Of a DNA stretch of 64,000 nucleotides, positions 46,987 through 56,900 are shown piece after piece. Where the stretch lies: the NCBI GenBank assembly GCA_003221005.1, contig QHTZ01000074.1, forward strand, positions 1 to 64,000, given 5' to 3'. Origin of the DNA: Gemmatimonadota bacterium. GTDB taxonomy: Bacteria; Gemmatimonadota; Gemmatimonadetes; Gemmatimonadales; GWC2-71-9. The notes beneath the pieces are model-generated. The model did not search any database and was not told the DNA's origin. It saw only the letters and a list, made by a program, of their open reading frames with translations. Both the position numbers and the translations under genes were made by a program. Numbering within the stretch: the stretch's first letter is position 1; each line of letters starts with the position of its first letter.

Positions 46987-48264
46987 ATGAGCATCGCTGT
47001 CCTGGGAGTGAACCACCGCACGGCGCCGCTCGAGGTACGCGAGCGCTTCGCCCACGCCCTCCACGAGGTGCCGGGAGCGCTCGCGCGCGTGCTCGAGGCC
47101 GGTGCCGCGGGCGGCGTGCTGCTCTCCACCTGCAACCGCACCGAGTTCTACCTCGCCGAGCCCCAGGAGGCGGTGCCGGAGGCCGTGTGGACCCTGCTGG
47201 GCGAACGCCTGAGCGGGAGGGGGGATAGGGGCGAGCGCAGCGCCCAGCCCTACGGCTACGCCGAGCGCGACCGCGACGCGGTGCGGCACCTGTACCGCGT
47301 GTCGGCGGGCCTCGATTCCATGGTGCTGGGCGAGTCGCAGATCCAGGGTCAGGTGCGCGACGCGTGGGAGACGTCGCGGCCACAGGCGGGTCCCGTGCTG
47401 CACCGGCTGTTCCAGTCGGCGCTGCTCGTGGGAGCGCGGGTGCGGACCGAGACCAAGCTCGGGACCGGAACGGCCTCGGTGCCCTCGGCCGCGGTTGCAG
47501 TCGCGAGCAAGATCTTCGGTGAGCTCGCGGGACGCTCGGCGCTGATCCTCGGCGCGGGCGACATGGCCGAGCTCGCCGCGAGCTGTCTCGTGGCGGAGGG
47601 TGCCCGGGTGACGCTGGTGGCGAATCGCACCTACGAGCGCGCCCGCGCGATCGCCGAGCAGCTCGGGGCGCGCGCCCTCACCCTCGATGAGGCGTGGTCG
47701 CACTTCGCCGACACCGACATCGCCCTCTGCTCCACCGCCGCTCCACACGCCGTGGTCACGTGGGAGCGGGTCGCGCCGGCGATTGCCGGGCGCGGCGGAC
47801 GGCCGCTGTGCATCCTCGATCTCGCCGTGCCGCGCGACGTCGAGCCCGCCGTCGGGCAGCTGGAGAACGTGTTCCTGTACGACGTGGACGACCTCCAGGC
47901 CGTCGCGGGCCAGGCCGCTGCCCAGCGCCGCGGCGAGATTCCCGCCGCCGAGCACATCGTGAACGAGGAGGTCGAGCGCTTCTGGGCCTGGTACGGCGGG
48001 CTGGCGGTCGTGCCCGCGCTCAAGGAGTTCCGCGAGCGCCTCGACGCGGTGCGAGCGGTCGAGGTGGACCGCGCGCTGCGGCGGTTCAAGCACCTGCCCC
48101 CGGAGGACCGCGAGCAGCTGGACCAGTTCAGCAAGGCGCTCCTCAACAAATTCCTCCATGAGCCTACGGTGGCCCTGAAGGCGGCGGCGGATCGCGGGCG
48201 CGGCTACGCGCTCCTCGAAGCGTTGAAGGAGCTGTTCGGCCTGGAACGCGGCGATGGGCCGTAA
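46987..48264 (+). CDS. hemA: Glutamyl-tRNA reductase
   Basis: NHRTAPLEVRE, LSTCNRTE, GLDSMVLGESQI, DLAVPRD. Confidence 0.96.
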   Translation: MSIAVLGVNHRTAPLEVRERFAHALHEVPGALARVLEAGAAGGVLLSTCNRTEFYLAEPQEAVPEAVWTLLGERLSGRGDRGERSAQPYGYAERDRDAVRHLYRVSAGLDSMVLGESQIQGQVRDAWETSRPQAGPVLHRLFQSALLVGARVRTETKLGTGTASVPSAAVAVASKIFGELAGRSALILGAGDMAELAASCLVAEGARVTLVANRTYERARAIAEQLGARALTLDEAWSHFADTDIALCSTAAPHAVVTWERVAPAIAGRGGRPLCILDLAVPRDVEPAVGQLENVFLYDVDDLQAVAGQAAAQRRGEIPAAEHIVNEEVERFWAWYGGLAVVPALKEFRERLDAVRAVEVDRALRRFKHLPPEDREQLDQFSKALLNKFLHEPTVALKAAADRGRGYALLEALKELFGLERGDGP

Positions 48265-49198
48265 GGTTCTCATTACCGGCGGCGCGGGCTTCGTGGGCTC
48301 GCACGTCGTCGACGCCCACCTCGCCGCCGGCGATGACGTGACGGTGCTCGACGACCTTTCAACCGGCCGGCGGGAGAACATTCCCGCCGGCGTCCGCTTT
48401 GTGCACGCCGACGTTCGCTCCCCGGAGGCGCGGGAGCTCGTCGCCCGGGGTGGGTTCGTGCTCTTGAACCATCACGCCGCCCAGATGGACGTGCGGCGCT
48501 CCGTGGCGGACCCGCTGTTCGACGCGGGCGTCAACCTCGTTGGCCTCCTGAATTTGCTCGAGGGCGCCCGCGCCGGCGGCCTGCGGCGCGTCGTGTTTGC
48601 CTCGTCGGGCGGCGTCGTGTACGGCGAGCGCGGCCCGTTTCCGCTGCTCGAGACGGCCGCCAAGCTCCCCGTCTCTCCCTACGGTGCCGCCAAGCTCGCT
48701 TCGGAGTACTACCTCGCGACCTACGCCCATCTGTTCGGACTGGAGACTGTCGCCCTGCGCTACAGCAACGTGTATGGGCCCCGCCAGCGGGGCGACGGGG
48801 AGGCGGGCGTCGTGGCGATCTTCGGGCGACGCCTCCTCAAGGGGGAGGCCCTGACCATTTTCGGTGACGGCGAGCAGACGCGCGACCTCGTGTACGTGAC
48901 AGACGTGGCGGAGGCGAACGTCGCCGCGAGCCGGAGACCGCTCGCGCCGCTCGACGGCATCGACGCGCACGCCTTCAACGTCGGCACCGCCGTGGAGACC
49001 TCGGTGAACCGCTTGGCGGAGCTGATGGGCGCGGCGGCGGGACGAGCGCCGCAGGTGGCGCACGCAGCCGCGCGCGCCGGCGAGCTCCCACGCAGCGTGC
49101 TCACCGTGGACAAGGCGGCGCGCGAGCTCGGCTGGCGGCCTCGTACCGCGCTCGCCGATGGCTTGCGCGCCACGCTGCGCTTTCTTGCAGAGGATTGA
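48254..49198 (+). CDS. NAD-dependent epimerase (UDP-glucose 4-epimerase-like)
   Basis: GGAGFVG, AAQMDVRRS, PYGAAK, NVYGPRQ. Confidence 0.88.
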   Translation: MGRKVLITGGAGFVGSHVVDAHLAAGDDVTVLDDLSTGRRENIPAGVRFVHADVRSPEARELVARGGFVLLNHHAAQMDVRRSVADPLFDAGVNLVGLLNLLEGARAGGLRRVVFASSGGVVYGERGPFPLLETAAKLPVSPYGAAKLASEYYLATYAHLFGLETVALRYSNVYGPRQRGDGEAGVVAIFGRRLLKGEALTIFGDGEQTRDLVYVTDVAEANVAASRRPLAPLDGIDAHAFNVGTAVETSVNRLAELMGAAAGRAPQVAHAAARAGELPRSVLTVDKAARELGWRPRTALADGLRATLRFLAED

Positions 49199-49918
49199 GT
49201 GTTCCTCCAGGTAGGCCGTGCGGTTCCGACCACCCCATGGGACCTGGTGCTGACCTCGAGCCGCGAGACCAAGTTCGTGCTCGCGATCCTGGTCGCGTTC
49301 TCGCTCGTTTCGTGGTACCTGATCTTTCTCAAGTGGTGGCAATTCCGCCGCCTGCGGCGTCAGGCTGATCGCTTCTTGACGGAGATCGAGAAGGCGGCCC
49401 GGCTTGACGACGCCTACCATGCCGCCATGCGGCTCCCTGCGTCCCCCTACAACCGGTTGCTGCGCGAAGGGATTCACTTCTTCTCCGAGCTCAAACCGGG
49501 CGGCCTGAAGAGTGACGGGCCCGTGGGCGTGGCGCAGGGCACGCTCACCGCGACCCAGCTCGAGGCGTTGCGGATGGTCCTCGCCAAGGATGTGGCGGCC
49601 GAGCGCGACGCCGCGGCGCGGTTCATCCCGTGGCTCGCGACGTTCGGGTCGGTCAGCCCGCTGCTCGGCCTGCTGGGAACGGTGCTGGGCGTGATGGACG
49701 CATTCATCGGGATCGCCGTCGGGGGTTCGGGGAACATCGCGGCTGTCGCGCCCGGGGTCGCGGAGGCGCTCGTGACGACGGTCATGGGTCTCGCGGTCGC
49801 CGTCCCGTCGGTGATGGCGTATAACCTGTTCGTGAGCCGGTTGGGACTGTTCGCCGGAGAGCTGGAGGGGTTCGCGCAGGAGATCATCGGCACCATGGCG
49901 CGCGAAGGGTGGCTCTGA
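49199..49918 (+). CDS. tolQ: TolQ/ExbB proton channel
   Basis: SPLLGLLGTVLGVM, APGVAEALVTT. Confidence 0.9.
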   Translation: MFLQVGRAVPTTPWDLVLTSSRETKFVLAILVAFSLVSWYLIFLKWWQFRRLRRQADRFLTEIEKAARLDDAYHAAMRLPASPYNRLLREGIHFFSELKPGGLKSDGPVGVAQGTLTATQLEALRMVLAKDVAAERDAAARFIPWLATFGSVSPLLGLLGTVLGVMDAFIGIAVGGSGNIAAVAPGVAEALVTTVMGLAVAVPSVMAYNLFVSRLGLFAGELEGFAQEIIGTMAREGWL

Positions 49919-50356
49919 GTGGCCGGGCTGCTCGGTGGTGGAGGGGGACTGCGTGGGCACGGCGAGCTGCCCCTCAACGCCGATATCAACGTCACGTCGC
50001 TCGTGGACGTCGCGTTCGTCCTCCTCATCATCTTCATGATCACGGCGCCCATCATGCAGGGAGGCGTGGACGTGCGCCTCCCGCGCGCCGAGGCCCGCCC
50101 GCTCGAGCCGAAGCAGGGCCTCGTCATCACGCTCGACCGGGACGGCAAGATCTACCTCGACCAATCGCCGCTCTCCTACGAGGACTTCCGGGCCACATTT
50201 CCCGCGTTTGTGCGAACCAAACACCCGACCGGGGTGTACCTCCGGGCCGATGGTCGCGTTCCGTATGTCGATGTCGTTCAGGTGCTGGCCGTGATTCGCA
50301 CGGCGGGCGTCGCGGACGTGGGCCTCGTGGCCGAACCGGAGACGATCGAGCGGTGA
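49919..50356 (+). CDS. tolR: TolR/ExbD
   Basis: INVTSLVDVAFVLLIIFMITAP. Confidence 0.9.
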   Translation: MAGLLGGGGGLRGHGELPLNADINVTSLVDVAFVLLIIFMITAPIMQGGVDVRLPRAEARPLEPKQGLVITLDRDGKIYLDQSPLSYEDFRATFPAFVRTKHPTGVYLRADGRVPYVDVVQVLAVIRTAGVADVGLVAEPETIER

Positions 50357-51039
50357 GAGGGCGCCGCCCGCTGCCGGGGAACACGGGCCTGGGACTGGCG
50401 GGGACCGCGGTGGTGCATGGGCTCGCCGGCATCATCCTGTTCGGTAGCACCGCGCGTCACCGGCCGCCGCCACCGGTGTATAAGGTCCAACTGATCGCAG
50501 CCCCGGAGCCGGGCGCGGAGACGCGGAAAGCGCCGGAGGCGGTGGAGCGGCCGGCCGCGGAGCAGCCGGCGCCGGCGCTCAAACCCAAGCCGCAGCCGAA
50601 GAGCACGGTGTCCAAGGCGGCGCCGCCCCCGGCCCCTGACGCGGCGCACCGCGAAGCGGCGCCGCGCACCACTCCCAAGACGGCTCCGCTCCCCGGCGAG
50701 AAACCTTCGACGGGGAGCGACGTCGCCACGGTGAGCACGGAGGGCGTGGAGTTCCCCTACCCCGAGTATCTGCAGAACATCGTGACGCAGATCCTGCGGC
50801 GCTGGCAACGGCCGTTCCAGAGCACACCTCTGGAATCGGAAGTCTCCTTCTTCATTCACCGCGACGGCGCGATCACCGACCTGCAGTTCGTCAAGCGCTC
50901 CGGCAACTTCGCCTTCGATCTCGAAGCCGAGGGCGCCGTCGAAGAAGCGGGCCGGTTCAAGGCGTTCGGCGCCCTGCCAGCGGGGTGGCAGCCGGACGTG
51001 CTGTACGTGCGGTTCTACTTCAGCGGACGAAGGCAATAA
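50353..51039 (+). CDS. TolA/TonB-like protein
   Basis: TM helix with His, Pro/Lys/Ala linker, TonB_C-like SGNFAFD. Confidence 0.8.
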   Translation: MRGRRPLPGNTGLGLAGTAVVHGLAGIILFGSTARHRPPPPVYKVQLIAAPEPGAETRKAPEAVERPAAEQPAPALKPKPQPKSTVSKAAPPPAPDAAHREAAPRTTPKTAPLPGEKPSTGSDVATVSTEGVEFPYPEYLQNIVTQILRRWQRPFQSTPLESEVSFFIHRDGAITDLQFVKRSGNFAFDLEAEGAVEEAGRFKAFGALPAGWQPDVLYVRFYFSGRRQ

Positions 51040-52461
51040 ATGCGACGGAAAGACGGAAGGACGGAAGGACGGAAGTTGTGCTGGGCGGCGGTCGGCTGCT
51101 TGCTCACTCTTTCCGTCCTTCCGTCGTTCCGTCTTTCCGCCCAGGATACCTCCGCCATCGACCGCGGCGTCCGCATCGGGATCGTCTATCGGCCCGGTGT
51201 CAGACCCGGCGTCGTCCTGCTTCCCGATCGATCCACGGCGCTCGATTCGGTGCGCGCCATCCTGGCGCGTGACCTCGACTACAGCGACCGCTTCGAGCTC
51301 ATCACGCTGCCTGGTGGCGACTCGATCCGCGTGAGCGCGCCAGCCGCCGCCCGCGCGCCGGGCGCGCGCACGACGGCGGGTGCGCGGGCCCACACGGGCG
51401 GTGAGGCGGCGGGGCTCAATTACCCGTTGTACCAGGCGCTAGGCGCCGATTTCGCTATCGCGCTCGCCGCCGTGCGCGATACCACCCAGGTGACGATCCA
51501 CGATGTGACGGCCGGCGCGGTGCGGCGACTCCTGAAGGCCCGTCTCCCCACGGCGACGTCGTCCCAGTTCCGAATGGCAGTGCACCGGCTCGCCGACAAG
51601 ATTGTCGAAGCGACGCTCGGCACCGCGGGGACCGCGGCCACCCGCGTCCTCTTCGTGATGGACGGCAAGCTGTACCAGATCGACTCGGATGGCGCGGGCT
51701 TCAAGGAGATTCTCTCGACGAAAGGCCGCGCGATCCTGTCCCCCGTCTGGGACCGCGACGGGCGGCGCATTGCGTACATGGAGTTCTGGTCCGGACACGG
51801 TCAGCTCTTCGTCCAGGATGCCGCTACCGGCCGTCGCCGCGCCGTTACCGACGGCGCTACGCTGGACTTCACGCCGGTCTTCTCGCCCGACGGCAAGGGC
51901 CTGACGTTCAGCCGCGCCATCGAAGAAGGCACCGACGTGTACACGTTCAACCTCCGGGACAACTGCTGTTTACAGCGCTTGACCGTCGGGAGGTTTTCTG
52001 ACAACTTGTCTCCGGCCTACAGTCCAGACGGGCAGCGCATCGCGTTCGTGTCGACCCGGCCGGGCTTGCCGCAGATCTACGTGATGGCGGCGGACGGGAC
52101 CGACGAGCAGTTGTTCGCGCCGTTTGACTACGGGGTGACCGGCTCATCCAACGCGCCCGACTGGTCGCCCGATGGGCAGTCGGTAGCATTTCATCGCGAC
52201 GTGGCCGGGACGCTGCAGGTGTTCGTGCTGGATGTGCGGACGCGCACGGTCCGTCAGCTCACCTCCTTGGGGCGGAATGAAGACCCCACTTGGGCGCCCG
52301 ACAGCCGGCACGTGGCGTTTGTCTCCGATCGCTCGGGGTATCGGCAGCTCTGGGTGATCGACATGGAAACGGGTCGCATCCGGCCGCTGCTGCAGCAGAG
52401 CGGCGTCCGTTTGCCGGCATGGTCTCCGCGGCTTCCGGAGACCGAACAGTCCACCCCTTGA
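51040..52461 (+). CDS. tolB: TolB
   Basis: RDLDYSDRF N-terminal domain; PD40 repeats (FSPDG, YSPDG, WSPDG, WAPDS). Confidence 0.88.
   Translation: MRRKDGRTEGRKLCWAAVGCLLTLSVLPSFRLSAQDTSAIDRGVRIGIVYRPGVRPGVVLLPDRSTALDSVRAILARDLDYSDRFELITLPGGDSIRVSAPAAARAPGARTTAGARAHTGGEAAGLNYPLYQALGADFAIALAAVRDTTQVTIHDVTAGAVRRLLKARLPTATSSQFRMAVHRLADKIVEATLGTAGTAATRVLFVMDGKLYQIDSDGAGFKEILSTKGRAILSPVWDRDGRRIAYMEFWSGHGQLFVQDAATGRRRAVTDGATLDFTPVFSPDGKGLTFSRAIEEGTDVYTFNLRDNCCLQRLTVGRFSDNLSPAYSPDGQRIAFVSTRPGLPQIYVMAADGTDEQLFAPFDYGVTGSSNAPDWSPDGQSVAFHRDVAGTLQVFVLDVRTRTVRQLTSLGRNEDPTWAPDSRHVAFVSDRSGYRQLWVIDMETGRIRPLLQQSGVRLPAWSPRLPETEQSTP
51044..51141. repeat. Inverted pair of 8-nt tandem arrays encoding parts of the TolB signal peptide
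   Basis: (GACGGAAR)x4 at 51044-51075; TTTCCGTC CTTCCGTC GTTCCGTC TTTCCGCC at 51110-51141. Confidence 0.85.
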
Positions 52462-52478
52462 CCTGGAGAGCGCCTCAC

Positions 52479-53093
52479 ATGACACGCCCACTGCTGCTTG
52501 TGCTGGCCGGCCTCGTCACCGCGGGCGTGGTTGCCTGCGGGGGCAATCCGCAGCCTGCGACGCCCGCGCCGCAGGCCAATGCGGATTCGATCGCGGCCGC
52601 AGAGAAGGCACGGCAGGACTCCATCGCGGCGGCGGAGGCCGCGGCGCGGGCCCGTGAAGAGGCCGAGCGGGTCGCCCGGCAGCGCACCGCCGATTCACTG
52701 GCGGCGCTCGGCCGCGGCACCGAAGCGGTCCGCACGATGCTCGCCACGATGATTCACTTCGACTTCGACAAGTCGAACATCCGCTCGGACGACGCCGGGA
52801 CGCTCGACCAGAAGGTCGGGATCCTTCAGGCGAATTCCAATGCGCACATCCGCATCGCGGGGCATTGTGACGAGCGCGGCTCCGACGAGTACAACCTGGC
52901 CCTGGGCAACCGCCGCGCGACCGCGGCCAAGCAATACCTGGTGAGTCACGGCATCGACGGGGGCCGCATCGAGACACAGTCGTTCGGCAAGGAGCGGCCG
53001 CTCGACCCGGGGCACAACGAAGAAGCGTGGTCGAAGAACCGCCGCGACGAGTTCGACATCACCAGCGGCGGCGACGCGCTGAGACAGCCGTAA
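52479..53093 (+). CDS. pal: Peptidoglycan-associated lipoprotein
   Basis: Lipobox VVAC; FDFDKS, GHCDERGSDEYNLALGNRRA, SFGKERP, NRR. Confidence 0.95.
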   Translation: MTRPLLLVLAGLVTAGVVACGGNPQPATPAPQANADSIAAAEKARQDSIAAAEAAARAREEAERVARQRTADSLAALGRGTEAVRTMLATMIHFDFDKSNIRSDDAGTLDQKVGILQANSNAHIRIAGHCDERGSDEYNLALGNRRATAAKQYLVSHGIDGGRIETQSFGKERPLDPGHNEEAWSKNRRDEFDITSGGDALRQP

Positions 53094-53104
53094 GGACCCT
53101 TCGG

Positions 53105-53890
53105 TTGCTGCGAAAACTGTCGTTGATGCTCGGTGTCGCACTGCTCGGCGGATGCGCCCTCAAGGGGGACGTCCGCCGAGTTGAGTTGCAGGTCGCGGCG
53201 TTGAAGGCGGACTTGAGCGATGCGGACGCGGCGCGCAAGGCGCAGATCGATTCGCTGCTGGCCCTCGTCGCCGCCGTGCAGCAGGCGCTCGGCGCGCAGC
53301 AGCAGTATCTCGTTCGAATGCGCGGTGACGTCCGGACCGATCTCCTGTCCGTACAGCAGCAGCTGGTCGCGGTCCAGGAGCTCACCGGGCAGAGCCAGCA
53401 ACGTCTGACCGAGCTGCGCGGCCGTCTCGAGGAGCAGGCGCGACAGCCGGTGCCCCCGGTCGACAACCCCAATCCCACCGGGGCACCGGTCGGGCCGTCG
53501 GGCACCGTGGCAGGTCCGGGCCCCGACCGGATGTACGAACTCTCGCTCCAGCAGTACCGGCGTGGCAGCCTCGCCACCGCGCGCGTCGCCTTCCGCGAGT
53601 TCCTGCGGCTCTACCCCACTCATGACCGGGCGCCCGACGCGCTGTTCTACATCGGCGAGACGTTCGGCGGCGAGAACGCCGATTCGGCCGCCGCCGTGTA
53701 TCAACAGGTCGTGAAGACCTATCCCAACTCCACACGGGCTCCCTCGGCCCTGTACAAGCTGGGCCTCCTCGCCGAGACCCGGGGCGACAAGGCGACCGCT
53801 CGGACCTACTACCAACGGGTCGTGGCGGGATATCCCCGCTCGGACGAAGCCAACCTCGCCCGCGACAAGCTTCAGCGACTGGGGCGTTAG
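53105..53890 (+). CDS. cpoB: Tol-Pal system protein CpoB/YbgF
   Basis: TTG after AAGGA; lipobox LGGC; coiled coil plus TPRs; follows pal. Confidence 0.85.
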   Translation: MLRKLSLMLGVALLGGCALKGDVRRVELQVAALKADLSDADAARKAQIDSLLALVAAVQQALGAQQQYLVRMRGDVRTDLLSVQQQLVAVQELTGQSQQRLTELRGRLEEQARQPVPPVDNPNPTGAPVGPSGTVAGPGPDRMYELSLQQYRRGSLATARVAFREFLRLYPTHDRAPDALFYIGETFGGENADSAAAVYQQVVKTYPNSTRAPSALYKLGLLAETRGDKATARTYYQRVVAGYPRSDEANLARDKLQRLGR

Positions 53891-53914
53891 TCCTCCCCGC
53901 CCCCGGCGGCGCAC

Positions 53915-56900
53915 GTGCCTGACGAACCCACGCGGGGCGAGATGCCCTTCCTCGATCACCTCGAGGAACTGCGCTGGCGCATCCTGTACAGTCTGCTCGC
54001 CGTGCTCGTCGGAACGCTTGTCGGGTGGGTCATCGTCGAGCGGATCGACGTCATCGGGCTGCTGATCCGCCCGATCGCGCCGCTCATTCCCGGCGGCCGT
54101 CTCAAGTTCACGAGCCCCACCGAGCCGTTCTTCATCACGCTGAAGTTCGCCTTCGCTGTGGGGGTGCTGCTCGCTTCGCCCGTCGTCATCTACCAGATCT
54201 GGGCGTTCCTCGCCCCAGCGCTGTACGAGCGGGAGAAGCGCGTGATCGTTCCAGCCCTCTCGATCGGGGTGCTGTTGTTTCTCGCCGGGGCAGCAGCGGC
54301 GTACCTCTGGGTGCTGCCCCGGGCCCTGATCGTGCTGCTCAGTTTCCAGCGCGAAATTCTCGAGCCGATCATCACGGCGGACAAGTACTTCGGTTTCGCG
54401 GCTCAGATCATCATCGCCTTCGGTCTCGTGACCGAGCTGCCGCTCGTCATCGTGATCCTCGCGGCGCTCGGCCTGGTGACGCCGCAGTTCCTGGTGCGCC
54501 ACCGCCGCTATGCCATCGTGCTGTCGGCCCTCGCCGCGGCGCTCCTCTCCCCGCCTGACGCGGTCTCGATGGTGCTCATGATGGTCCCGCTGTGGCTGCT
54601 GTACGAGGTGAGCATCTTCTGCGCCTGGGTCGTGACCAAGCGCCGCGCCCGCCGCGAGCAGGCGGCCCACCGCGCCGCGCTGGTGCTGCTCCTGTTGAGC
54701 GGCGTGGCGGCGGGCCGCGTCGGGGCTCAGGGCGTCCCACCACGCGCCGATACGAGCGCCGGGCGGCCGGGGACGCCCGTGCGCGGCCAGACCATCGACA
54801 CCGCGGCCGCGCGCAAGCTCGGCCTTCCCACGGGGCCGACCCGCAGCTTTCCCGCGAGCGACCAGGTGATGGACTCGCTGCTCCGGCTCAAGGGATACCG
54901 TGTCACCCAGTACCTGGCCGACACGCTGATCGTCGCCGGCGACAGCCAGACCATCTTCCTCCGTGGGGAGGCGTTCGTCGACCGCCAGGGCACCAAGCTC
55001 GAGGCCGACTCGGTGCGCTACCGCGAGGCGAGCTGCCGGCTGGACGCCACCGGGGACCCGCGGCTCTTTGACCAGGGCACCGTGATGGTGGGCGAGGGCA
55101 TGCGCTACGACACGTGCGTCCGGCGCGGCACGGTGCGGCAGGCTTTCACGGATTTCCGGCAGGGGGCGGCGACCTGGTATGTGCGCGGCGACCTGGCGGT
55201 CGATTCGGGCTCGACCCGGGTGTACGGAGCCTCGAGCGAGATCACGTCCGACGACCACCCCGTGCCGGACTACCACTTCGCCACCGGACAGGTGAAGTGG
55301 CTCAACAAGAGCGTAATGATCGCCCGCCCCGCGGTCCTCTACGTCCGCGACGTGCCGATTCTGTGGCTGCCGTTCATTTTCCAGGACATCCGACCGGGCC
55401 GCCGCAGTGGTGTCCTGGTGCCGCGCTTCGGCCTGAACGACCTGATCCGGCAGACGCGCAGCTACCAGCGGCACTTTTCCAACCTGGGTTACTACTGGGT
55501 CGTGAACGACTACCTGGACCTGCTCGCGTCGGCCGATTGGTACGCCGGCCGGAACGTGACGCTGCGGGGCCAGTCACGCTACCGCTGGCTGGACCGCTTC
55601 GTCACTGGCAGCTTCACGTTCGCACGGGTGGATCAGCTCGACAGCCCGGCGTCCTCGATGCAGCTCAGCTGGCAGCACCAGCAGAGCTTCGACAGCCGCA
55701 CCAGCTTCAACGCCAGCATCAATTACGCGACGAGTGGCACGGTGCTGCAGCAGAATTCGGTCGACCCCTATCTCGCGACCGCGCAGCTGTCGTCGCAGTT
55801 GAACTTCAGCAAGCGATTCGACTGGGGGGCGCTGAACGTCGGCGGGAGCCGCTCCCAGGATCTTTCGAGCGGCGCGGTGACCCAAAGCTTCCCCGGGGTA
55901 ACCCTCACCCCCTCGCCGGTCAACATCACGCCCGACATCACCTGGTCGCCCGGGTTCTCGTTCACGAACCAGCAGTCGTTCCACTCGGGGCCTCCAACGC
56001 TGCTCCCGTTCCCCGGCACGGGCGCGGCGCTGGACACGGTCGCCCTGTTCAGCGCCAGCCGCCAGTCCGCCATCAGCCTGCAGACGCCGCTCCGCGTCGG
56101 CCGGTGGAACTGGGCCAACAGCATCACCATCAATGACGCCACAAGCGACCAGCGCCGGGAGTTCGCCATCCCGGATTCCACGGTACCTGGGGGCCGGCGC
56201 CGCAGGCTGTATGCGTCCACCTTTGCCACCCAGATCGATTGGCAAACGGGCATCAACCTCCCCCAGGTCCTGTCGGGTACATGGAAGGTCCAGCCGGGCC
56301 TCTCGATCGTGAACACGACGTCCGCCGGGCCGTTCATGCTGCGCAACCAGTTCACCAACGGGCAGTTCGTCGAGCAGGGGAAGCGCCTGCAATTCAGTGC
56401 GGGCATGCGCCCCACGTTGTTCGGCTTCTTCCCTGGATTCGGGCCGCTCGCGCGGATCCGGCATTCGATTTCACCGATCATCGACTGGCGCTACGCTCAG
56501 GGTAAGGACGTGGATAGCCTGTTCGCGTACGCGCTCGATCCGACGCGCACCACGCTCAACGCGCGTAGCGACGCGCAGCAGACGATCAGCATCGGACTGT
56601 CGCAGAACTTCGAAGGAAAGCTCCGCCCCCCGCCGCACGACACCGGCCAGCAGCAGGCACGCAAGCTGCGGTTACTGAGCATCAACACCGACCCGATCTC
56701 GTACAACTTCGAGCAGGCCAAGCAACCGGGGCAGACCGGGTGGCAGACGCAGACCGTCGGGAACACGTTCGCGTCGGACCTGCTCCCGAATTTCAGCCTG
56801 CGGCTGGTGCACGATCTCTGGGACGGGCCGGTGGGGCGCGATTCCTCCAAATTCGCGCCGTTCCTCACGAGCGTGAACGCGAGCTTCTCCATCTCACCGG

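Noticed and set aside
51044-51141. Short repeat arrays as CRISPR arrays
   Set aside because: Units are 7-10 nt, directly tandem, without unique spacers, and no cas genes are present
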